Part shown: positions 30,579 through 40,769 of the stretch, one piece after another
Numbering within the stretch: the stretch's first letter is position 1
How the letters are laid out: each line of letters begins with the position of its first letter
From: an uncultured Ruminococcus sp.
Lineage (GTDB): Bacteria > Bacillota > Clostridia > Oscillospirales > CAG-382
DNA length: 64,000 nucleotides
Assembly (NCBI GenBank): GCA_964549435.1
Contig: CAZJVB010000004.1
Span: 6,720-70,719, forward strand
Direction: 5' to 3'
Position numbers and translations under genes: made by a program
The notes under the pieces: generated by a model
What the model was told of the DNA's origin: nothing
The model's database searches: none
What the model saw: only the letters and a program-made list of their open reading frames with translations

Positions 30579-31937
30579 ATGCTGAATACCGATGATATTC
30601 TTGAAACCATTCGTATGATCGATACAGAACATCTTGATATTCGTACGATCACGATGGGAATTTCTCTTTTGGATTGCGCGTGTGGCGATAAAGCGCACTT
30701 TGCAGATCGAATCTATGATAAAATCACAAAAAAAGCAGAACATCTGGTTGAAACTGGAGAGGCGTTAGAGAAAGAGTTTGGCATTCCCATTGTCAATAAA
30801 CGTGTTTCCGTAACCCCGATTTCGCTTGTTGGTTCCGGACAGGATTATGATGGTTTTTTGACAGCTGCAAAAGCGCTTGATCGCGCTGCAGAAACGCTTG
30901 GAATTAACTTTATCGGTGGTTTTACGGCACTGGTGCAAAAGGGAGCGACACCAGCAGAAATGACATTGATTAATACGATCCCGGAGGCACTCGCCAGTAC
31001 GGATCGAGTCTGCTCCTCCGTAAATGCGGCATCTACTAAAGCTGGATTGAATATGGATGTCATTGCCCGCATGGGAACGATTATTCGCCAGACTGCCGAG
31101 CTTACCCAATCCCACGACTGCATTGGTGCCGCAAAACTTGTCATATTCGCCAACGCTCCGGATGACAATCCTTTTATGGCAGGCGCCTTTCATGGAGTCG
31201 GCGAAGGTGATTGCGTTATCAATGTCGGCGTTTCCGGTCCGGGAGTAGTCTGTGCCGCTATCCAGCAGAATCCGGAAGCATCCTTTGAAGAACTGGCCGA
31301 GATAATAAAAAAGACCGCTTTCAAAATTACCCGAATGGGACAATTGGTTGCAGGAGAAGCGAGCAAACGTTTGGGCGTTCCATTTGGTATCGTAGATCTA
31401 TCCCTCGCTCCGACGCCTGCAATCGGTGATTCCGTCGCAAGGATTATTGAATCGATGGGTATTTCCTGTTGCGGAGGTTGTGGCACCACGGCGGCACTTG
31501 CTTTACTGAATGACGCAGTGAAAAAGGGTGGTGTTATGGCATCTTCCAAAGTCGGGGGACTATCCGGTGCCTTCATTCCGGTATCTGAAGATGAAGGAAT
31601 GATTCATGCAGCACAAAGTGGATGCCTGACGTTGGAGAAATTGGAAGCGATGACTGCAGTCTGCTCTGTTGGCTTGGATATGATCGCCGTCCCCGGCGAT
31701 ACCTCTTCGGCGGTTCTCTCAGCATTGATTGCCGATGAATTGTCGATCGGTGTTGCAAATACCAAAACCACAGCTGTACGTATCATTCCCGCAATCGGCA
31801 AAAAGGAAGGGGATACGCTCTCTTTTGGAGGGTTGTTGGGGGACGCGCCGATTATGCATATTAATCAAGCGGATCCGAGCGCTTTTATTGCAAGAGGTGG
31901 TTTGATTCCTGCTCCGATTCATTCCTTAAAAAATTAA
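30579..31937 (+). CDS. UPF0210 (DUF711) family protein
   Basis: 452 aa. The N-terminus [27 protein letters not shown] is characteristic. It is conserved next to UPF0237. Confidence 0.8.
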   Translation: MLNTDDILETIRMIDTEHLDIRTITMGISLLDCACGDKAHFADRIYDKITKKAEHLVETGEALEKEFGIPIVNKRVSVTPISLVGSGQDYDGFLTAAKALDRAAETLGINFIGGFTALVQKGATPAEMTLINTIPEALASTDRVCSSVNAASTKAGLNMDVIARMGTIIRQTAELTQSHDCIGAAKLVIFANAPDDNPFMAGAFHGVGEGDCVINVGVSGPGVVCAAIQQNPEASFEELAEIIKKTAFKITRMGQLVAGEASKRLGVPFGIVDLSLAPTPAIGDSVARIIESMGISCCGGCGTTAALALLNDAVKKGGVMASSKVGGLSGAFIPVSEDEGMIHAAQSGCLTLEKLEAMTAVCSVGLDMIAVPGDTSSAVLSALIADELSIGVANTKTTAVRIIPAIGKKEGDTLSFGGLLGDAPIMHINQADPSAFIARGGLIPAPIHSLKN

Positions 31938-32080
31938 GATGGATCATCGTTTCGAGATAAATATGATATCATTCCTACATACAAATTTTACGATACTAAG
32001 GGCATGAATTAAACAATGCAGAACGAGGAAAAGCAAAAAGTTACCCATTTCAGTTTTATTTAAGGCAAGAAAACTTTAAA

Positions 32081-32114
32081 AATAATGGTAGGCACGAAAG
32101 TGCCTACCATTATT
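32081..32114. terminator. Bidirectional rho-independent terminator
   Basis: Perfect 15-bp stem AATAATGGTAGGCAC / GTGCCTACCATTATT with a GAAA loop, flanked by A-runs and T-runs. It lies between the convergent UPF0210 and icd genes. Confidence 0.85.
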
Positions 32115-32150
32115 TTATCACTTCACCGGTTGGATAGCGGTTTTTGTATG

Positions 32151-33347
32151 TTAAAGCCTATCGGCAATTGCTCTTAAAAACTCCGTAGTGTTCACCGCCT
32201 GCTTCTTTTCCAAGGAAGAAATCAAATAAAGATCCTTGGTCATCACCCCGCTTTCAATGGTATCCAGCGAAGCCTTTTCTAAACGATCGGCAAACGCGCA
32301 AAGCTCCGAGATGCCATCCAGCTCTCCGCGTTTTCTTAACGCACCGCTCCACGCAAAAATAGTAGCAATTGAGTTAGTTGAGGTTTCCTCGCCTGCGAGA
32401 TACTTATAGTAATGGCGTTGTACCGTTCCATGGGCGGCCTCGTATTCATAAATACCATCTGGAGATACCAAAACAGATGTCATCATCGCCAAAGAACCAA
32501 AACCGGTCGCCAGCATATCAGACATCACGTCACCATCATAGTTTTTGCACGCCCATATAAAGCCGCCATCCGAACGAATTACCCTTGCAACGGCATCATC
32601 AATCAATGTGTAAAAATAGGTGATTCCGCGCTGCTCAAACCGTTCTTGGTATTCTTTTTCATAAATTTCCGAAAAGATATCCTTAAAGGTATGGTCGTAT
32701 ACTTTACTAATGGTATCTTTAGTAGAGAACCAAAGGTCCATTCGTTTTTCCAGTGCAAACTGAAAGCAAGAGCGTGCAAACGACGCAATGCTTTGCTCAA
32801 TATTATGCATTCCTTGTACAATACCGGCAGTCTGAAAATGATGTATAGAAGTTTTGGTTTCTTTACCCTCGCTATCGGTAACCAATATTTCTGCCTTTGA
32901 GCCAGCGGGAACCTTTACCTCAGAAGCCTTATAAACGTCTCCATATGCATGTCTTGCAATAGCAATCGGCTTCTTCCAAGATTTTACATAGGGATCAATC
33001 CCCTTTACCACAATCGGTGTACGGAAGACTGTGCCGTCTAACAGTGCACGAATGGTTCCGTTCGGACTTTTCCACATCTGCTTCAAATGATATTCAGACA
33101 TACGAGCGGCATTCGGCGTAATTGTAGCGCACTTTACTGCAACACCGTACTTTTTAGTTGCCAAAGCGGAGTCTACTGTAACTTGATCGTCAGTTTCGTT
33201 ACGATGCTCCAAGCCAAGATCATAATATTCTGTTTTCAAATCAATATAAGGGAGTAGCAGAATATTTTTGATTTGTTCCCAAATCACACGTGTCATTTCA
33301 TCGCCGTCCATCTCGACAAGCGGCGTTTTCATTTGAATCTTATCCAT
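32151..33347 (-). CDS. icd: NADP-dependent isocitrate dehydrogenase (about 400-aa eukaryote-like type)
   Basis: The N-terminus VEMDGDEMTRVIW is diagnostic of this IDH type. 398 aa. Confidence 0.9.
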   Translation of the reverse strand: MDKIQMKTPLVEMDGDEMTRVIWEQIKNILLLPYIDLKTEYYDLGLEHRNETDDQVTVDSALATKKYGVAVKCATITPNAARMSEYHLKQMWKSPNGTIRALLDGTVFRTPIVVKGIDPYVKSWKKPIAIARHAYGDVYKASEVKVPAGSKAEILVTDSEGKETKTSIHHFQTAGIVQGMHNIEQSIASFARSCFQFALEKRMDLWFSTKDTISKVYDHTFKDIFSEIYEKEYQERFEQRGITYFYTLIDDAVARVIRSDGGFIWACKNYDGDVMSDMLATGFGSLAMMTSVLVSPDGIYEYEAAHGTVQRHYYKYLAGEETSTNSIATIFAWSGALRKRGELDGISELCAFADRLEKASLDTIESGVMTKDLYLISSLEKKQAVNTTEFLRAIADRL

Positions 33348-33353
33348 CTCGCT

Positions 33354-35282
33354 TCATTCTCCCCTCGTATAATTCAGCAATCCACCCGCCAGTAAAATGC
33401 AACGCTGACGTTCAGAAAGAGTTGCCTGCAGCACAATCTTTTCACCGATGGTCAAATTCTCCAATTCAATGAGATTTCCGTTTCGGATAGCTTCGCGCAC
33501 ACCGGCAAGACAGAGCATATCTCCCTGCGTTATTTTTTCATAATCTGTCGGATTAGAAAACACCAATGGCAGAATCCCTGCATTGATCAAGTTTGCTGCA
33601 TGAATACGAGCAAAAGACTTCGCAATTACTGCCTTCACACCAAGGTACAACGGTACTAAAGCCGCATGTTCACGCGAGGAGCCCTGTCCATAGTTTTCAC
33701 CACCAACAACGATGCCGCTGCCCTTTTCCATTGAGCGTTCCGCAAATGTTTCATCGCAGACTGCAAAGCAAAATTTAGAGAGGTAAGGAATATTGGAGCG
33801 GTACGGCAAAATCTTTGCGCCCGCCGGCATAATATGATCGGTAGTGATATTATCACCAACCTTCAGCGTGCATTCACATCGAATATCCTCTGCGAGTGGC
33901 AAACTGGTTGGAAACGGCTTGATATTCGGTCCACGCAGAATTTCCAACGTATCTGCCTCTTCCTCCGGCGCGGGCGATATAATCATATTGTCATTCAGCA
34001 GAAATTGCTCCGGCATAGGGAATGCTGGCTGTTTCCCCAATTCCCGTGGATCGGAAAGAACGCCTTTTAATGCAGAATAAGCCGCCGTTTCCGGACTGAC
34101 TAGGTAAATCTGTGCATCCTTGGTTCCGCTTCTACCCTCAAAGTTTCGATTGAACGTCCGGAGAGAAATACCGGCGCTATTGGGAGACTGTCCCATACCG
34201 ATGCAGGGACCGCAAGCGCATTCTAATACGCGTGCACCGGCAGAGATGATGTCAGAAAGCGCTCCACAAGCTGCCAACATATTAAAGACCTGTTTAGAAC
34301 CGGGGGCAATGGAAAGACTGACGTGCTCTGCGACCGCTTTTCCTTTTAGAATGGAAGCAACCTTCAACATATCTGCAAAAGAGGAATTGGTGCAGGACCC
34401 AATGCAGACTTGATCAACCCGCATTGGACCGATTTCACCGACCGTCTTAACGCGATCCGGACTATGCGGACATGCAGCGGAGGGTTGTAAATTTGAAAGA
34501 TTGATCGTAATCTCCTCATCGTATACCGCATCCGGATCAGCGGCCAGCGGAATCCAATCTTTTTCCCTTCCCTGCGCTTTCAGAAAGGCGCGCGTGATTT
34601 CATCGGACGGAAAAATAGAAGTCGAAGCGCCTAATTCCGCTCCCATATTTGTTATGGTAGCGCGTTCCGGAACAGACAATGTCTGCACGCCATCTCCCGC
34701 ATACTCCACGATCTTTCCAACCCCTCCTTTTACAGAGAGGATACGCAAGACCTCTAGGATGATATCTTTGGCGGATACCCAATCCGGTAACTTCCCTTCC
34801 AAATTGACGCGCAGCATTTTCGGTGTATTGATATAATATGTACCGCCACCCATTGCAACGGCGACGTCCAAACCGCCGGCGCCAAATGCCAGCATACCGA
34901 TTCCACCGCCGGTCGGTGTATGACTATCCGAGCCGATCAGTGTCTTGCCGGGAATGCCGAATCGTTCCAAATGAACCTGATGACAAATACCATTTCCGGG
35001 ACGAGAAAAATACAGACCATGTTTTTTGGCAATCGATTGGATGTAACGATGATCATCTGCATTTTCAAAGCCGCTTTGCAGTGTATTATGGTCTATATAG
35101 GCAACAGAAAGCTCTGTTTTTACTCGGGGAATTCCCATCGCCTCAAACTCAAGATATGCCATAGTACCGGTTGCATCCTGCGTTAGGGTTTGATCGATCC
35201 GCAGACCGATTTCCTGTCCTACAATCGGTTCTCCTTCTACCAAATGTGCATTGATAATTTTTTGTGCAAGTGTATAACCCAT
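33354..35282 (-). CDS. Aconitate hydratase (about 640-aa clostridial type)
   Basis: Fe-S cluster ligand regions (DSHT, CIGSCTNS, CGPCIG) and a swivel domain at the C-terminus. Confidence 0.88.
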   Translation of the reverse strand: MGYTLAQKIINAHLVEGEPIVGQEIGLRIDQTLTQDATGTMAYLEFEAMGIPRVKTELSVAYIDHNTLQSGFENADDHRYIQSIAKKHGLYFSRPGNGICHQVHLERFGIPGKTLIGSDSHTPTGGGIGMLAFGAGGLDVAVAMGGGTYYINTPKMLRVNLEGKLPDWVSAKDIILEVLRILSVKGGVGKIVEYAGDGVQTLSVPERATITNMGAELGASTSIFPSDEITRAFLKAQGREKDWIPLAADPDAVYDEEITINLSNLQPSAACPHSPDRVKTVGEIGPMRVDQVCIGSCTNSSFADMLKVASILKGKAVAEHVSLSIAPGSKQVFNMLAACGALSDIISAGARVLECACGPCIGMGQSPNSAGISLRTFNRNFEGRSGTKDAQIYLVSPETAAYSALKGVLSDPRELGKQPAFPMPEQFLLNDNMIISPAPEEEADTLEILRGPNIKPFPTSLPLAEDIRCECTLKVGDNITTDHIMPAGAKILPYRSNIPYLSKFCFAVCDETFAERSMEKGSGIVVGGENYGQGSSREHAALVPLYLGVKAVIAKSFARIHAANLINAGILPLVFSNPTDYEKITQGDMLCLAGVREAIRNGNLIELENLTIGEKIVLQATLSERQRCILLAGGLLNYTRGE

Positions 35283-35285
35283 ATT

Positions 35286-36641
35286 TTATTTTTCCTTTCG
35301 TTCAGCAAGCGGTACATACGGTAATTGATCTAAATTGGCCCGGTATGCCGGCCGGATAATTTTTCGGCAGGTCGCCAACTCCTCCATGCGGTGCGCACAC
35401 CAGCCAGCCGTCCGAGAAACGGCAAACAGCGGCGTGAACATTTCTGAGGGGATAGATAACATCCGATAGATAAGTCCCGAATATAAATCCACATTAGCGC
35501 AAATGGTATTGATATTTCGCTTTCCAGACATAACTGCCGGTGAAAGTCTCTCTACTGCATCCAATAATCGGAAGTCTACTTCATATCCCTTTTCCATTGC
35601 CATCTTTTCCGCATTTGCTTTCAGAATCTTAGCTCTCGGATCGCTCTTGGTATAAACAGCGTGCCCCATACCATAGATCAATCCACTCCGGTCTCCCACT
35701 TCTTTTCGAAGTAGTTTCTGCAAAAAGGCAGTAATCTCCTCATCATCAAACGAGTCCCGAATATGTTCCTTCATGCAATCCAACATGTTGATTACATTAA
35801 TATTAGCACCGCCGTGACGCGGTCCCTTCAAAGAGCCAATACCCGCTGCAACCGCTGAATAGGTGTCCGTGCCGGAGGATGTCAATAGCCGAACGGAAAA
35901 TGTAGAATTATTCCCGCCGCCATGCTCCGCATGAAGGATCAAACATTTATCCAAAAGCAATGCTTCTTCACGGGTGTAGTTTCTATCAATTCGAAGCATG
36001 GATAGAATATTTTCTGCGGTGCTGACACCTTGATATGGAGAATGAATAAAATAGCTGTCATTATCATAGACGCGACGCTTAGCCTGATAACCAGCCACCA
36101 TAATACTTGGCAATTTGGCAATGATGGAAAGCGACTGACGCAGAACGTTCTGCATGGAAATATTATCTGCATTATCATCATAGCTGTAAAGAGCAAGCAC
36201 ACTGCGTGCCATCTTATTCATGATATTCGGGCTCGCGGCCTTCATGATCATATCTTCAATGAAATCATGCGGCAGCTCACGATACTCTTCCATCACGGCG
36301 TTAAATGAAGTTACCTCTTCCTCTGTCGGAAGGTGTCCAAACAACAGTAACCAGACCGTTTCCTCAAATCCGAAACGGTCATCGGCAATGCAACCTCCAA
36401 TGATATCTTCAACACTGATTCCGCGATAACGAAGTTCTCCCTCGCAGGGCACTCGCTCGTATTCATTGATGACATATCCGTGGACATTACTGATACGGGT
36501 AATGCCCGCGACAACGCCGGTACCGTCCTGATTACGAAGACCGCGCTTTACTCCATATTTGACGTATAGGGATTCCTCAAACGGCTCATTTTTACGCATA
36601 CTGGAAGAAAGCGTTTGGAGATCCATACGATGTTCCGACAT
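35286..36641 (-). CDS. Citrate synthase
   Basis: ATG 36641 lies 8 nt after a GGAAAGGA RBS, and a consensus promoter lies inside the longer track ORF. Citrate synthase motifs include HAEHGGGNNSTF and GHAVY. Confidence 0.88.
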   Translation of the reverse strand: MSEHRMDLQTLSSSMRKNEPFEESLYVKYGVKRGLRNQDGTGVVAGITRISNVHGYVINEYERVPCEGELRYRGISVEDIIGGCIADDRFGFEETVWLLLFGHLPTEEEVTSFNAVMEEYRELPHDFIEDMIMKAASPNIMNKMARSVLALYSYDDNADNISMQNVLRQSLSIIAKLPSIMVAGYQAKRRVYDNDSYFIHSPYQGVSTAENILSMLRIDRNYTREEALLLDKCLILHAEHGGGNNSTFSVRLLTSSGTDTYSAVAAGIGSLKGPRHGGANINVINMLDCMKEHIRDSFDDEEITAFLQKLLRKEVGDRSGLIYGMGHAVYTKSDPRAKILKANAEKMAMEKGYEVDFRLLDAVERLSPAVMSGKRNINTICANVDLYSGLIYRMLSIPSEMFTPLFAVSRTAGWCAHRMEELATCRKIIRPAYRANLDQLPYVPLAERKEK

Positions 36642-36690
36642 AAGTACCATCCTTTCCCTGCTATACGAATCAAGAAGTCCGTATAAAAAC

Positions 36691-36719
36691 AGTATAGCAT
36701 AAGAAAGCGGACCTGTCAA
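36691..36719 (-). promoter_or_regulatory. Consensus sigma-A promoter for the citrate synthase-aconitase-icd operon
   Basis: On the minus strand: TTGACA, a 17-nt spacer, then TATACT. Confidence 0.7.
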
Positions 36720-36837
36720 CACAAAAATGCAACCTTTCATTTCGAAAATTTCATTTTTTCGAATTTTGAATGAAAGAGCCCTTGATTCAAGCACCTATAT
36801 TCGATTTTTTGAAATAAAAAATCAATCCTAATGCAAA

Positions 36838-38016
36838 TTAAAGATTTCTGCGCAAACGCTCCGCTGCAATTTCAGTATTTTCCCTACTGCCGAAGCCAGT
36901 GAGACGCAAATAGCCTTCGCCATTTCTACCGAATCCGCTTCCTGGTGTTCCAACAATGTGCAATTCGTTCAAAAGAAAATCAAAAAATTCCCAGCTTTTT
37001 TGATCTTTCGGGGCTTTCAGCCATACATACGGAGAATTCTTTCCGCCGGTATAGAAGATCCCCTTTTCGTCTAACACATCCGCAAGAATTTTGGTATTCG
37101 CCTTATAATATAAAATATTTTCTTTGCATTGAGCCAGTCCCTGCTGCGTGAAAACCGCCGCGGCTCCGCGCTGCACAATATAAGAGACTCCGTTATGTTT
37201 TGTAGACTGCCGCCGCATCCAAAGTTTATTAAGAGATTGCCCATCCCTATATAACTCTTCGGGAATAATGGTGTATCCGCAACGCGTTCCTGTAAAACCA
37301 GCCGTCTTGGATAATGAGCAGATTTCAATGGAACAATTTCGTGCGCCATCAATCTCAAAAATGGAATGCGGATAAGAGGGATCTTCAATGAATGCTTCAT
37401 ACGCAGCGTCAAAGAGGATCAGAGCATCCCTTGCGTTAGCATACTCCACCCACTGTTTCAAAGCTTCCTTCGTATATACGGCTCCGGTAGGGTTGTTCGG
37501 AGAGCAGATATAAATCATATCTGCTTGAACCGACTCATCTGGCAAAGGTGTAAAGCCATTTTCTGCATTACCATCAATATACAGTACTTTTCTGCCTGCC
37601 ATAATATTTGTATCTACATAAACCGGATAAACAGGGTCTGGAACAAGAACAGTATTCTCCTGCCCGAATAAATCCAACAAATTGGCAATATCGTTTTTCG
37701 CACCGTCAGAGATAAATATATCACCGATCTTTAGATCAACACCGAATCCACGATAATATCCTTGAACGGCTTCGCGCAGAAATAAATATCCTTCATAGTC
37801 TCCATATCCTTTAAATGTTTCTTGAACACCCATTTCTTTGCTGGCATCTTCCATTGCCTGTACGCAAACCTGTGGCAGAGGTAACGTAACATCTCCGATT
37901 CCCATTTTAATGACAGGCGCTTCCGGATGCGAGGCGAGGTATGCCGAAAGCCTCTTAGCAATGGTCGCAAACAGGTAGCTATCCTGGAGATTTTGAAAAT
38001 TCTGATTTAATTTCAT
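36838..38016 (-). CDS. dapL: LL-diaminopimelate aminotransferase
   Basis: 392 aa. The N-terminus NQNFQNLQDSYLFATIAKR and the PLP-lysine context SLSKTAGFTGTRCGY are typical of DapL. It sits in the dap operon. Confidence 0.85.
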   Translation of the reverse strand: MKLNQNFQNLQDSYLFATIAKRLSAYLASHPEAPVIKMGIGDVTLPLPQVCVQAMEDASKEMGVQETFKGYGDYEGYLFLREAVQGYYRGFGVDLKIGDIFISDGAKNDIANLLDLFGQENTVLVPDPVYPVYVDTNIMAGRKVLYIDGNAENGFTPLPDESVQADMIYICSPNNPTGAVYTKEALKQWVEYANARDALILFDAAYEAFIEDPSYPHSIFEIDGARNCSIEICSLSKTAGFTGTRCGYTIIPEELYRDGQSLNKLWMRRQSTKHNGVSYIVQRGAAAVFTQQGLAQCKENILYYKANTKILADVLDEKGIFYTGGKNSPYVWLKAPKDQKSWEFFDFLLNELHIVGTPGSGFGRNGEGYLRLTGFGSRENTEIAAERLRRNL

Positions 38017-38035
38017 TATATTTTATCATCCTTCC

Positions 38036-38884
38036 TTAATAATCTTCGACTTCACAAACACCTTGAAATACCGTAACAGCCGGTCCCTGCATCAGAATAT
38101 GTTCATCATCATACAGTATCTGCAAGTCGCCGCCCCGCAGAGAAACCACGACTGGTTCCCCCCTTGAACAATAGCCGTTTTCAGTTGCGGCGGCAACTGC
38201 TGCACAGGCACCGGTGCCGCAAGCAAGCGTTTCCCCACTTCCTCGTTCCCAAACGCGCAGTTGCAAATGATTCTTATTCCACACTTTTACAAATTCTGTA
38301 TTGATACGTTCCGGAAATAATTCGTTGGTCTCAAATGCTGGTCCAATGGAGGGAAGGTCTAGAGAATCAGGATGCTCTACGAAAAGAACACAGTGCGGAT
38401 TTCCAATGCTTACGCAAGTAACAGCATAATTTTGACCGGAAATATTCATCGGATACCCGACGACCCTATTTTTATCTACCAATACTGGAATTTGGCAAGG
38501 GTCAAAGTTTGCTTTTCCCATATCAACGGATGCGCCAATCACCTTTTTTCCTTCAAACTGCAGTTTAACTTCTTTCTTTCCAGAAAGCGTATCGATAATC
38601 ACCGTATCTTTAGAAACGATTTTCTCATCGTATAGAAATTTTGCAACGCACCGAATACCGTTGCCACACATCTTACCTTCACTGCCGTCTTCATTAAACA
38701 TGCGCATTTGAGCATCTGCGGTTTCAGATGGACAAACAAAAATCACGCCATCTCCGCCAATTCCAAAGTGACGTTCGGACAGTCTTTTTACCAAATCGGC
38801 ATACTCCTTGATTTTCTGATCAAAGGTTGATATATAGATATAATCATTGCCGCAGCCCTGCATTTTAGTAAATCGCAATTGCAT
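38036..38884 (-). CDS. dapF: Diaminopimelate epimerase
   Basis: FTKMQGCGNDYIY plus two catalytic Cys contexts (GNGIRC, ACGTGACA). Confidence 0.92.
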   Translation of the reverse strand: MQLRFTKMQGCGNDYIYISTFDQKIKEYADLVKRLSERHFGIGGDGVIFVCPSETADAQMRMFNEDGSEGKMCGNGIRCVAKFLYDEKIVSKDTVIIDTLSGKKEVKLQFEGKKVIGASVDMGKANFDPCQIPVLVDKNRVVGYPMNISGQNYAVTCVSIGNPHCVLFVEHPDSLDLPSIGPAFETNELFPERINTEFVKVWNKNHLQLRVWERGSGETLACGTGACAAVAAATENGYCSRGEPVVVSLRGGDLQILYDDEHILMQGPAVTVFQGVCEVEDY

Positions 38885-38905
38885 TCTGACTCCCCCTTTC
38901 CGTTT

Positions 38906-39682
38906 TCAGACTTTTGCAGCGGGTCTTTCCATTGCTTCGCGAAGCAAATCCTCCATCGTATACAGCCCCTGCTGCTTGCCCTTCAAAAATTCCGCAGCGC
39001 GAAGTGCTCCCTCCGCAAAAAGAGAACGACCGATCGCAGTATGCTTGATCGTAATGACTTCACTTCCGATACAAAACATGACCTCATGATCCCCGACAAT
39101 ATTTCCGCCACGAACAGAACTGATGCCAATTTCAGAGGAAGGGCGTACCGAACGACGTCCTACACGATCATAAACAAGCTCTGTTTCATTCGGAAGCATC
39201 TCACGAATCGCCTGAGCAATCATAAGAGCTGTACCGCTTGGCGCATCCAGCTTTTGATTGTGATGTTTTTCAATGATTTCAATATCCGCTTTGCTGCCAA
39301 GCATCGACGTCACTTCCCGGCAAAGGGAGATTAGCAAGTGAATTCCGACAGACATATTTCCGGAGTGAAAAACCGCAACTTTTTTTGAAAGCCGATGCAG
39401 TTCCTCCAACTCCTCCGGTGTATGTCCTGTCGTTGCGATTACCAAAGGCGTACCAGTTGTCTCTGCAAAATGAATCAATTGCGGAGTAGCGGTGTGTACG
39501 GTGAAATCGACCAACACATCCGCACATTCGGTTACATCCTCCAACCGTTCGTAAAGAGGAAAATCACAGCTTTTACTAAAAGGATCGACGCCTGCAACAA
39601 TACGGGTGCCGCAAGAGGCAGAAGCCTCCGCTATTGCCTTTCCCATTCTGCCACAAGCGCCGTTTAAAATAATATCCGTCAT
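38906..39682 (-). CDS. dapB: 4-hydroxy-tetrahydrodipicolinate reductase
   Basis: N-terminal GACGRMG nucleotide-binding motif and EKHHNQKLDAPSGTA. Confidence 0.92.
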   Translation of the reverse strand: MTDIILNGACGRMGKAIAEASASCGTRIVAGVDPFSKSCDFPLYERLEDVTECADVLVDFTVHTATPQLIHFAETTGTPLVIATTGHTPEELEELHRLSKKVAVFHSGNMSVGIHLLISLCREVTSMLGSKADIEIIEKHHNQKLDAPSGTALMIAQAIREMLPNETELVYDRVGRRSVRPSSEIGISSVRGGNIVGDHEVMFCIGSEVITIKHTAIGRSLFAEGALRAAEFLKGKQQGLYTMEDLLREAMERPAAKV

Positions 39683-39703
39683 GCTTATACCTCCTGTCGT
39701 ACT

Positions 39704-40594
39704 TCAGATCAACTTTTCACTCCGCATCAAAGCGTAAAGCTTTTCATTGTCCTCTTCGTCCATCTCACAAAGTGGCAATCGCATTTCACTGGAGCAGAAT
39801 CCCATCTTCGCCATCGCCGTTTTAACCGGAATCGGATTCACCTGCATAAAAAGACCATTTATTAACGGAAGATACTTCAATTGCAGCTTGGCTGCTTCAC
39901 GAAAATCTCCTTCCAAACAAAGGCGTGCTATTTCGTGTGTTTCTTTAGGCATGACATTGGAAAGCACGGAAATAACACCAATTGCACCCATTGCCATTAG
40001 CGGGACAATCTGATCATCATTGCCGCTGTAAATTGCCAATTGATCTTCACAAGCCTCCATGACCTGCAAAATGGAAGAAAGATTCCCGCTAGCTTCTTTT
40101 GATGCTACAATATTCGGATGCTTGGCAAGTTCTTTATATGCCCCGATGGAAATATTCAGTCCGGTTCTGGAAGGAACATTATAAAGGATATTGGGAATAT
40201 CCGCCGCGTCGGCAATCGTCATGAAATGCCGAACTAGGCTCTTTTGACTCGCTTTGTTATAATAAGGCGTTACCAATAAAACCGCATCTGCGCCAATATC
40301 CTTCGCAAAACGAGTGAGTTCTACTGCGTAATCGGTATGGTTAGAACCGGTCCCAGCTATTACAGGAACCCGATGATTCACCTTTTCTACACAAAAAGAG
40401 ATAATGTCCTTATGCTCCTGATCTGACAGGGTTGCAGCTTCTGCGGTAGTTCCGCAAACAATAATCGCATCCGTGTTTCCTGCAATCTGCTGTTCCAGGA
40501 TGGCTGCAAGAGCTTTATAATCTACCCTTCCATGCAGAAACGGTGTAATCAAAGCAACTCCCGCACCGGTAAAAACCTTCTTTTTTTCTGACAT
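39704..40594 (-). CDS. dapA: 4-hydroxy-tetrahydrodipicolinate synthase
   Basis: ATG 40594 follows a GAGGAAGAA RBS. Motifs are GAGVALITPF, GTTAEAATLS and YNVPSRTG. Confidence 0.92.
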   Translation of the reverse strand: MSEKKKVFTGAGVALITPFLHGRVDYKALAAILEQQIAGNTDAIIVCGTTAEAATLSDQEHKDIISFCVEKVNHRVPVIAGTGSNHTDYAVELTRFAKDIGADAVLLVTPYYNKASQKSLVRHFMTIADAADIPNILYNVPSRTGLNISIGAYKELAKHPNIVASKEASGNLSSILQVMEACEDQLAIYSGNDDQIVPLMAMGAIGVISVLSNVMPKETHEIARLCLEGDFREAAKLQLKYLPLINGLFMQVNPIPVKTAMAKMGFCSSEMRLPLCEMDEEDNEKLYALMRSEKLI

Positions 40595-40641
40595 TTCTTC
40601 CTCATTCCTTTGAAAAAATCTTATCATTGTAAATCACTTCT

Positions 40642-40670
40642 ATACTATCATGAATCAACAGAAAAGTCAA
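40642..40670 (-). promoter_or_regulatory. Sigma-A promoter for dapA-dapB-dapF-dapL
   Basis: On the minus strand: TTGACT, a 17-nt spacer, then TAGTAT. The leader is only about 45 nt. Confidence 0.55.
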
Positions 40671-40769
40671 ATGTTTTTTATCGAACCTCATATAGCTACA
40701 GGGAGTGCAGCGATATCGCCGCTTAAAAAGTATGTTCTCTCCCCTACCTACAGAATATGTTGCACCCGA

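Noticed and set aside
36642-36794. 51-codon N-terminal extension of citrate synthase in the ORF track (start 36794)
   Set aside because: A consensus TTGACA-17-TATACT promoter (36691-36719) lies inside the extension. A good RBS precedes ATG 36641. The extension has no similarity to citrate synthases.
40595-40769. Lysine riboswitch upstream of dapA
   Set aside because: The promoter at 40642-40670 leaves a leader of only about 45 nt. The remaining sequence is a hairpin downstream of the large lipoprotein gene. I saw no L-box conserved motifs.
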